The translations under genes were made by a program, and so were the position numbers. A DNA stretch of 64,000 nucleotides, from the IMG/VR virus record IMGVR_UViG_3300034418_005550; one strand, written 5' to 3'. The stretch is from an uncultured virus (IMG/VR IMGVR_UViG_3300034418_005550). Taxonomy: Duplodnaviria > Heunggongvirae > Uroviricota > Caudoviricetes. A model generated the notes under the pieces. That model was given only the letters and a program-made list of their open reading frames with translations. It did no database searches and was not told the origin of the DNA. Positions within the stretch are counted from its first letter, which is position 1. Every line of letters begins with the position of its first letter. Positions 57,794-64,000 of this stretch are shown one piece after another.

Positions 57794-57985
57794 TTAGTCC
57801 TTTATTTCTAGTTCTTTAATTTTAGCCATAGAATTTTTATAATTTAAGTCAGCTATATGATATTTCATATCTTGTTTTGCCTGCCTAATTATTATTTCAT
57901 TTAGTCTTAGCAATTGTAAATTATTAAGGAAAAGTACAATTAATATACCTCCTAATAATAAAGTGCTAATATCTACTCCGAACAT
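57794..57985 (-). CDS. Hypothetical membrane protein
   Basis: N-terminal TM; GGAGG RBS. Confidence 0.55.
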   Translation of the reverse strand: MFGVDISTLLLGGILIVLFLNNLQLLRLNEIIIRQAKQDMKYHIADLNYKNSMAKIKELEIKD

Positions 57986-57986
57986 A

Positions 57987-58190
57987 TTATCCTCCTACTT
58001 TTCTTTTACTTACATATTTCATAAAGTTACAGCCGTCAAAAGTTGCTCTGCCCCATGCAGTACTTTCTGCATATTGAAAGCCTTTATCAGTTACTATATC
58101 GGTATAAAATAAATCTCCTACTTTTTCTGCTTTTTGGTAATAAAAAATATATCTCCAAGTGTGTTTAGTTTTTACAATTTTTGGGTACAT
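57987..58190 (-). CDS. Hypothetical protein
   Basis: ORF in early operon. Confidence 0.5.
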   Translation of the reverse strand: MYPKIVKTKHTWRYIFYYQKAEKVGDLFYTDIVTDKGFQYAESTAWGRATFDGCNFMKYVSKRKVGG

Positions 58191-58353
58191 AATTACTTCC
58201 AAACTATTGGAACATCTTTTTGATATTCTTCAGTCCATAATTCTATTTCAGTTTTCTTTTCTTTATAAAATATTTCAAAAATAGCTAATGGTAAAAGAAT
58301 TAATGATATTAGAAACATAATATTTAAAAACCAATATAAAAATTCTATATTCA

Positions 58354-58611
58354 TTATTTATTACCTCTAACTCTCTTAATTGCTTTTGCATTATGATTAA
58401 GTCCAATATTTGCATTATCTCCAATTTCAGTTAAATTAATATAACTTGTAATAATTGGATTAGTTAATTGAATAACTCTATCTGAACTAACAACATGAGT
58501 AAGTTGAATACTTTTACTACCTACACAGTCATCAATATCTAAATCATAACCAACATATTCTTTGCCAAATATTAGGTTATCATTTTCTTCTATTGCCTTA
58601 TATATTTTCAT
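58354..58611 (-). CDS. Hypothetical early protein
   Basis: Preceded by conserved promoter/leader TTAGATAATAAGGAG. Confidence 0.6.
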   Translation of the reverse strand: MKIYKAIEENDNLIFGKEYVGYDLDIDDCVGSKSIQLTHVVSSDRVIQLTNPIITSYINLTEIGDNANIGLNHNAKAIKRVRGNK

Positions 58612-58845
58612 ATATCTCCTTATTATCTAATATAAGATAATTATATAACCATTTTAGAATATAACAAACTACTATTTTAAAAAAAATAAAGCCCATAATT
58701 ATTACTAATTACAGGCTCTATTTAGTCCATGAAAGAAAACGAATAAATAATTTACTCAGAACAACAACCACATTGTCTTAAATATGTAAAGCATTCCTTT
58801 CTTTTATTATTGTTTAACTAATTATATATTAATAAGAAGATAAAT

Positions 58846-59385
58846 TTATTTAACTAATGATAAAAATTCGTTTCTAGTTTCGCTTTCTTCTCTAAATACT
58901 CCACGCATAACTGAAGTAATCATTTGTCCGTCAGTCTTAATTCCTCTTGCAACCATACATAGATGGGTTCCTATTCCATAAACTGCTACATCATATGTAT
59001 TTACTAAATCTCTAACTTCATTTGCAATATCAGAAACTAGTTTTTCTTGTAGTTGTAATTTATGTGCGTGTTTATGTGCTATTCTAGCAAATTTAGATAA
59101 TCCTAAAACTTTATCTCTAGTTATATAACCAATTGCTATTTCTGAACTAAACGGCATTAAATGATGTTCACATAAAGACCAAACTTTTATTCCTTTAACT
59201 ATAACCATTTGGTCTGCTTTTACTGCTTCAAAAGTTGTTCCAATTTTTCCTGCGTCATAATCTATAAACTCTTTCCAAAACTTTGCAACTCTTTTTGGTG
59301 TTTCTAATAATCCATCTCTATTTGGGTCTTCTCCAATTTCAATTAATAATTCTTTTATTAATTTTTCTATTTTTTCTTGTTGCAT
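58846..59385 (-). CDS. folE: GTP cyclohydrolase I
   Basis: GL.ETPKRVAK, SLCEHHLMPF, GLSKFARI, LQLQE, HLCMVARG. Confidence 0.96.
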   Translation of the reverse strand: MQQEKIEKLIKELLIEIGEDPNRDGLLETPKRVAKFWKEFIDYDAGKIGTTFEAVKADQMVIVKGIKVWSLCEHHLMPFSSEIAIGYITRDKVLGLSKFARIAHKHAHKLQLQEKLVSDIANEVRDLVNTYDVAVYGIGTHLCMVARGIKTDGQMITSVMRGVFREESETRNEFLSLVK

Positions 59386-60119
59386 TATTTACCTCTTTCA
59401 TCTGACCATAACAAGACATGCAATCTTGGAGATAAGTTATATCCTCTTTTTAGTATTTCATCTGATAGTTGCACCATATTTATAAAATGGTATTTATTAT
59501 TTTTGCCTTCAGGCATTATATAAACATTTTTTAAATCGTTTTCTTTTACTATTTCATCTACTTCAAATAAGTCATCTATTTCTTGTACTACAAATTTAAA
59601 AGCATAGTTTTGCGAATATTGCATATATTGTTCTAATACTTTTGGTTTAATAGTTTTTTCTTTTGGCATACCTGCATTTGATAATTTAGGACTAATATTA
59701 AAGTAATCTATAACATCAAAAAACTCATCATTTTTAGCTAATATTGTTCCATTTGTTTCAATTTCAATAACAAATCCTTTTTGTCTTAGATTTTTCATTA
59801 CATGAAATAATTTACTTTGTTGGCTCATTGGTTCGCCACCAGTAAAAACAATATGACTTCCAAAAGGTAAATTAAGGCTCATTATTTGTCCTACTACTTG
59901 CTCAACTGTAAAGCCAATAGTTTCTTTTTTAGGGTCATACTTAACTCCATTTTTACCTTTCCAGTCCCAAGTGTATGGAGTATCGCACCAATCACAAGTT
60001 AAATTGCAACCACTAACACGAATAAATGCACTAATCTTTCCAATAGTTTGCCCCTCGCCTTGAAATGTAGGTCCAAAAATTTCATTTATTCTAATTAAAG
60101 GTAAAGTTTTAGTATTCAT
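59385..60119 (-). CDS. queE: 7-carboxy-7-deazaguanine synthase (radical SAM)
   Basis: TFQGEG, GCNLTCDWCDT, FTGGEP, IETNGT, ISPK, SPRLH. Confidence 0.95.
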   Translation of the reverse strand: MNTKTLPLIRINEIFGPTFQGEGQTIGKISAFIRVSGCNLTCDWCDTPYTWDWKGKNGVKYDPKKETIGFTVEQVVGQIMSLNLPFGSHIVFTGGEPMSQQSKLFHVMKNLRQKGFVIEIETNGTILAKNDEFFDVIDYFNISPKLSNAGMPKEKTIKPKVLEQYMQYSQNYAFKFVVQEIDDLFEVDEIVKENDLKNVYIMPEGKNNKYHFINMVQLSDEILKRGYNLSPRLHVLLWSDERGK

Positions 60120-60486
60120 AATAACTTGCAATAGTTTTATCAGTTTCTTTTACACTTACTTTATTTAAAATATCTTTTTCTCCATATATTTCAATAAACA
60201 TTGCTTCAAATTCTTTATAAAAATGTTTAGCCATTTTTTCAGCAGTAGGATTAAAGTTTAAAACATCGTTTAAATGCCTATGGTCTAATTTATTATCTAT
60301 ATATTCTTTAATAAAATTTAATTCTCCATAGTCAATTATGAAACCAACTTCATCTAATCTCATAGATATTAACTCAACAATTACTACATAATTATGTCCA
60401 TGCAACCTAGCACATTGGTGTTCTTTTGGTAAATTAAGTAATTGATGACTTGCAGAAAAAGTAAATTCTTTAGCTATTGAGTACAT
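60109..60486 (-). CDS. queD: 6-carboxy-5,6,7,8-tetrahydropterin synthase
   Basis: FSASH, CARLHGHNY, LDH..LN, PTAE, ET. Confidence 0.95.
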   Translation of the reverse strand: MYSIAKEFTFSASHQLLNLPKEHQCARLHGHNYVVIVELISMRLDEVGFIIDYGELNFIKEYIDNKLDHRHLNDVLNFNPTAEKMAKHFYKEFEAMFIEIYGEKDILNKVSVKETDKTIASYYEY

Positions 60487-60514
60487 TTCTTACAACCTTT
60501 CAATGTTTATGGTC

Positions 60515-60560
60515 AAAAAAGACCTGTGAGCTTTTGTTCTCTCGGTAGGAAAAAGCATTC
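60515..60560 (-). repeat. Phage B dispersed repeat, copy 5, between queC and queD
   Basis: Reverse complement GAATGCTTTTTCCTACCGAGAGAACAAAAG matches 50996-51025 with one mismatch. Confidence 0.8.
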
Positions 60561-60574
60561 ATTGGGTAGTAGCC

Positions 60575-61357
60575 CTACTTATTCTCTTGAAATTCTTGTT
60601 GTAATTTAAGAGCGTTTTCTAAGACTTCGTCCCAACCTCCTACATACTCAACTGGGTCTTGTGTTCCTAATTGCCAAAAAGCTAATATTCGTTCAACATC
60701 AGAGCCAGTTTTTCCACTAGCTCTTCCTTTTTCATCAGGTGCATAACTTGTATTAGTATTTTTTAGAACTGTATTAAAGTCTAAATTTAACTTAACGCAG
60801 TTTGCGTCAGTATCTTGCAATATAGTAAATTTATCTCCATTTAAGTAAGGAAGTTTTAAACTTACTAAATCACTATCCCAATTGCCTACTTTAAAAGCAT
60901 TCATTGCCTCTACATAAAATTCAGGTCTGCAATCAGGATAAATTGCGTGGTCGCCACTATGAACTCCAAGTCCAATATCTACTTGGCAATTTTCTTTTGT
61001 TGCTATTGATAATGCATAACCTGCAATCATAGAAAAGAAAATCATATTTCTATTTGGAACTACTGTAAGTTTCATATTTTCTTGCTCATAAAAGCCCTCT
61101 GGCACATCAGTATCGCTACTAACTAATGCAGAGTTATATAAATTACCTATTTGAGATACATCTAATACTGTATGTTCTACTTCATAGCCATTTTCTTTTA
61201 AATAAGCTAAATTATCAGATAATCTTTCTAATTCAAGTTTATGTTTTTGTCCATAATCAAAACTTAATGCAGAAACTTTATAATCATTTGCTAAAAAATT
61301 AATTAAAAGTCCTGTACTATCCATGCCTCCACTAAGGCTTAATACTGCTCTTTTCAT
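60575..61357 (-). CDS. queC: 7-cyano-7-deazaguanine (preQ0) synthase
   Basis: SGGMDST, FDYGQKH..E, VPNRN, YPDCRPEF. Confidence 0.93.
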   Translation of the reverse strand: MKRAVLSLSGGMDSTGLLINFLANDYKVSALSFDYGQKHKLELERLSDNLAYLKENGYEVEHTVLDVSQIGNLYNSALVSSDTDVPEGFYEQENMKLTVVPNRNMIFFSMIAGYALSIATKENCQVDIGLGVHSGDHAIYPDCRPEFYVEAMNAFKVGNWDSDLVSLKLPYLNGDKFTILQDTDANCVKLNLDFNTVLKNTNTSYAPDEKGRASGKTGSDVERILAFWQLGTQDPVEYVGGWDEVLENALKLQQEFQENK

Positions 61358-61752
61358 TATTTCTCCAAATATCCTACTGAAGTAGTTTCAATTCCACCTC
61401 TTTTAGATTGTTTATTAGTTACTTTTATCCATTTAGGCTCTAAAGTATCAAATAATTTTTGTGCAATATCACTTGCTAATGCCTCGCAAAAATGTCCTAC
61501 TTCTCTAAATGTCCATAAATATAGCTTTAATGATTTACTTTCAATACATAATTCATCAGGCTGATATTCAATAGTTAATTCTCCAAAGTCAGGTTGTCCT
61601 GTCATTGGACATAAACTTGTCAATTCATCAGTCCAAAATTTTACTGTTTGAGTATTTTTTGGTGCAGGAAAAGTTTCAAGTTGGTCTAATGGATTTCTTG
61701 TCTTTTTTCCTAATATAGTTAGGTCTTTAGTATATTCTGGCTCATGTGCCAT
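61357..61752 (-). CDS. queF: NADPH-dependent preQ0 reductase (type I)
   Basis: TSLCPMTGQPDF, QueF motif ESKSLKLY, RGGI. Confidence 0.92.
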   Translation of the reverse strand: MAHEPEYTKDLTILGKKTRNPLDQLETFPAPKNTQTVKFWTDELTSLCPMTGQPDFGELTIEYQPDELCIESKSLKLYLWTFREVGHFCEALASDIAQKLFDTLEPKWIKVTNKQSKRGGIETTSVGYLEK

Positions 61753-61757
61753 TTTGT

Positions 61758-61792
61758 CCTCCTAGTTTTGTTTAAGGTTTTCTAGTACTTGA
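61758..61792 (-). promoter_or_regulatory. Candidate preQ1 class I riboswitch overlapping queF RBS
   Basis: UCAAG UACUAGAAAAC CUU AAACAAAACUAG GAGG-ACAAA-AUG: short P1, U..CUAG..C loop, A-rich tail, CUAG/CUAG pseudoknot into SD. Confidence 0.6.
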
Positions 61793-61823
61793 GATAAGGT
61801 TAGCAGGTATAAAAAATTTGTCT

Positions 61824-61851
61824 ATTATATAATCTGTTCTCGCTATAACAA
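61824..61851 (-). promoter_or_regulatory. Promoter of que operon
   Basis: TTGTTA-16nt (contains CGAGAACA)-TATAAT. Confidence 0.6.
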
Positions 61852-61866
61852 CTAAAATAAAAAAAA

Positions 61867-61895
61867 CTTAGAACAAAAAGTAGAAAAAGTATAAT
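61867..61895 (+). promoter_or_regulatory. Putative promoter of the large ncRNA
   Basis: Perfect TATAAT at 61890-61895 in A-rich context; -35 weak. Confidence 0.45.
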
Positions 61896-61899
61896 ATAG

Positions 61900-62855
61900 G
61901 TTTATTATATTTTTTATAAGGTTATGGTTAGCCTTAAAAAATAGCAACCGAGTAGAGCGAGAGCTAACCCAAGTAAAATTGGTAGGTAAGAAATTAGAAA
62001 TTCAACCTTGATGAAGACTTAAACAGAGAGCTTTTGTGAGCATAAACTAGTACCTGAAAATGAAACTTGGGGAGGTAATTAGCCCACTTGTTAAGAAGTA
62101 AAGCAAGAAGTAAGAAGTAAGGTAGGCGTATTGACTACAGGATTGAGAATTTCCATTAAAAAATAATTTAAAGTAGGATTGGTATAAACTTAACTAGCCA
62201 AAAATCTAGAGTATGCTCTCACAAAAGCTCTTTGTAACTGAGTTCTTATGGATATGAGTAGTTGTTTGGCAAGTAGTTCAGGAATGTACCTGCCTTTAGT
62301 TGAAATACTTTAGGGCTACGCTATAAAGCATATATTGATTCGAAGCAATATGAACTACTTAAAACTTATAAACCATTTAGTAACCAATCCTGAAATACGG
62401 CATGTCGAAAAATGTTAGATAAGTAATTTAAGTAAGCAAACAGATACGCTCATATCCGTAAGGACTTAGTTAATTTGAGAGATTAAAGATATAGGTTGTG
62501 AAGGTAACTTCTCATTTGGGAAGCTTCATCTCAGGTGGTCGTAGCGTAATGCACGAGCCATATACTGAAAGGTATATAAGCCTGAAGGAATAACTTGCAG
62601 TACAATATCCTTTTAGGTTAGTTGTGGAGTGTGGTGGGTTGTTAATTTAATCAAAGTGGTTTTGACAAATTACTTTGAACTTTAACTGTAAGCAAGATTG
62701 TCATTATTTAGCCTGTATCTTTAATCTCTTAATTTAGATTTATAACTCCCAATAGGGTAGAATAGATGATATATTCACTGATAACTCCGTGATTATTATC
62801 TAACATACGAGAAGACTTTAAGGACTGGCAACAGTCTTTAAGGTCTTCTTTTTTT
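61900..62855 (+). ncRNA. Large (~900-950 nt) highly structured non-coding RNA, GOLLD/ROOL-like scale, family unassigned
   Basis: No ORF of 60 aa or more in 1.1 kb; helices 62024-62044/62212-62234, 62235-62259/62448-62472, 62476-62498/62709-62731, 62271-62280/62351-62360; substitutions are G-U on + strand; GNRA loops; terminator. Confidence 0.85.
62809..62855 (+). terminator. Intrinsic terminator of ncRNA
   Basis: 19-bp stem, GCAA tetraloop, U-run. Confidence 0.85.
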
Positions 62856-63345
62856 ACATTGGTGTAGGTTTTACAATATATCTTTCTTGAGTTTTAGGTA
62901 ATGGTGCTAATTTTTTAGTGATTATATTCCAATAAGTAAAAGGTAAGCCAGTTTTTGATATTCCATGCCACCTGTAGCCTAATTTTTCATAAAATTTAAT
63001 ACTTGGTTTATTTGCAAAAAACCTTAATAACATTACATAATTTTCTTTCATATCTTCTTCTAACATTTTCATCATTTCTGCACCAATATTTTTACCTCTA
63101 TATTGTTCTAATACGAAAAAATGTCTTAAAGTACAATGTCTTGGTTCTCTTTTTGTATAAGAAATAAACATAAAACCTTTATCTTCTAAGCTAAAAACTT
63201 TAGAACTTTCTTTATCCCATTGTTTTTCAACTCGCCAATCATACAAAGCATTTTTTAAATGACTTTTAGAACTTAAACTACCACCTTTTGTATGTTCTAT
63301 TTCTTTTAATAATTTTTCCATTTCTTTTTCAGTTTTTATTATCAT
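62854..63345 (-). CDS. GNAT-family acetyltransferase
   Basis: FFVLEQYRGKNIG motif A, N..SIKFYEKLGY motif B; start uncertain. Confidence 0.85.
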   Translation of the reverse strand: MIIKTEKEMEKLLKEIEHTKGGSLSSKSHLKNALYDWRVEKQWDKESSKVFSLEDKGFMFISYTKREPRHCTLRHFFVLEQYRGKNIGAEMMKMLEEDMKENYVMLLRFFANKPSIKFYEKLGYRWHGISKTGLPFTYWNIITKKLAPLPKTQERYIVKPTPM

Positions 63346-63745
63346 AGTCCCAACACTTTCTACTTGCGTTCCAATGGTGTAAGCCGTCATTAATCATTAA
63401 CCATTTAGCTACTTTTGTAGCTACTATTTTATTAAATGGAGTAGTTGTTATTTTTAATTTAGGTTTTAACCAAGCCCAAGTTTTATCATTAAATTGAAAT
63501 AATCCTCTATCAGTTGTACCATTTTTATTGTAATTTATAGCGTTTTCTCTGCCAGAACTTTCACAATAAATAATTAGTAAAGGTATTAAAGCTTTATCTA
63601 AACCAAATTCATCAACTATTAATTCAATATGTTCTTCTACTGCACTAACTTTATATTGTATTTCTCTGCATTCAATATATTCATTTAAAGTATCAGGAGT
63701 TAAAAAAGGGTAAGGTATAGCACAAGCGATTATTAACTCTAACAT
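63329..63745 (-). CDS. Lytic transglycosylase (SLT-like)
   Basis: YCESSG, N.NGTTDRGLFQFN..TW; homolog of 26159-26707. Confidence 0.82.
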   Translation of the reverse strand: MLELIIACAIPYPFLTPDTLNEYIECREIQYKVSAVEEHIELIVDEFGLDKALIPLLIIYCESSGRENAINYNKNGTTDRGLFQFNDKTWAWLKPKLKITTTPFNKIVATKVAKWLMINDGLHHWNASRKCWDYDNKN

Positions 63746-63757
63746 TTTTGTATTTTT

Positions 63758-63895
63758 TTAGCTTTTTGTAAGTTGCTCAATTAAATGTACGCCTTTTCTC
63801 ATAGGCTCCATTGTAATATCTTCTCCACTTTTAAAAATAAATTGAGGAGTATCTCCTGTATATTCAATTGCGTGCAACTTTTTTAATTCTGCCAT
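63758..63895 (-). CDS. Small hypothetical protein
   Basis: 45 aa, positional homolog of 28022-28183. Confidence 0.5.
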   Translation of the reverse strand: MAELKKLHAIEYTGDTPQFIFKSGEDITMEPMRKGVHLIEQLTKS

Positions 63896-63926
63896 ACATA
63901 TAAGTATAGTATATTTTTAGCTATAT

Positions 63927-64000
63927 TTACAATAATTCTAAATTTGCCCAACCTTTTTCATTTATTGTAAATGTTAATACTGCAGGGTGGCTCCATAGTC
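63927..64000 (-). CDS. Metallophosphoesterase, C-terminal end (partial)
   Basis: LWSHPAVLTFTINEKGWANLELL, same as end of 28223-29410. Confidence 0.85.
   Translation of the reverse strand, partial: LWSHPAVLTFTINEKGWANLELL

Larger units (their letters stand above)
29600..64000 (-). mobile_element. Phage B: related siphovirus genome, nearly complete (right end missing)
   Basis: Second collinear set of homologous structural genes, lysis module, que operon; no GATC/GGCC found; left boundary approximate. Confidence 0.88.

Noticed and set aside
58846..61752. que genes as simple host tRNA-queuosine support
   Set aside because: Not excluded, but no queA/queG/tgt or tRNA genes are present and a ParB-fused candidate insertase is nearby, so DNA modification is preferred
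62093..62121. Short AAGAAGTA repeats as a CRISPR-like array
   Set aside because: Too short and without spacers; probably a purine-rich linker of the ncRNA. No CRISPR array or cas gene seen anywhere in the window
62480..62500. AAGATATAG resembles the group I intron S element
   Set aside because: It is buried in a 23-bp helix, no matching R/P7 element was found, and no gene is interrupted
61900..62855. tmRNA, RNase P RNA, rRNA or tRNA cluster
   Set aside because: No GAGGAAAGUCC core, no tRNA-like ends or T-loop/CCA, no rRNA signature recognised
1..64000. Host assignment to low-GC aquatic Actinobacteria
   Set aside because: Gene content is suggestive but no host marker such as whiB, tRNA or att homology is in the window, so it is not supportable

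Overview
The window is entirely phage DNA: two related but clearly diverged, collinear, AT-rich HK97-type siphovirus genomes placed head-to-tail, almost all genes on the minus strand. Phage A spans about 1-29.5 kb (left end outside the window). Phage B spans about 29.6-64 kb (right end just outside). Both have TerS-TerL-portal-MuF-protease-MCP-neck-tail-TMP genes, a paralogous tail-cassette array, a Sak-like recombinase, an HTH replication initiator, a lytic transglycosylase and a metallophosphoesterase. No integrase or host gene is seen. They differ in their putative DNA-modification kits. Phage A has ParB + sodium:solute symporter + IbrA/IbrB-like PP-loop module next to the terminase, a C5-MTase-like gene, and a striking sequence signature: every GATC and GGCC I found overlaps or abuts CCA/TGG, and CCAGATC is strongly over-represented. 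Phage B has a complete folE-queE-queD-queC-queF preQ1 operon preceded by a candidate preQ1-I riboswitch, a ParB-fused TGT/DpdA-like candidate, and no GATC or GGCC that I could find. The most notable feature is an ORF-free ~950-nt plus-strand region in B (about 61.9-62.85 kb) with its own promoter and terminator and several 20-25 bp helices whose mismatches are G-U wobbles: a giant, ornate ncRNA of GOLLD/ROOL-like scale, possibly a new class. All motif counts and foldings were done by eye and need computational confirmation.
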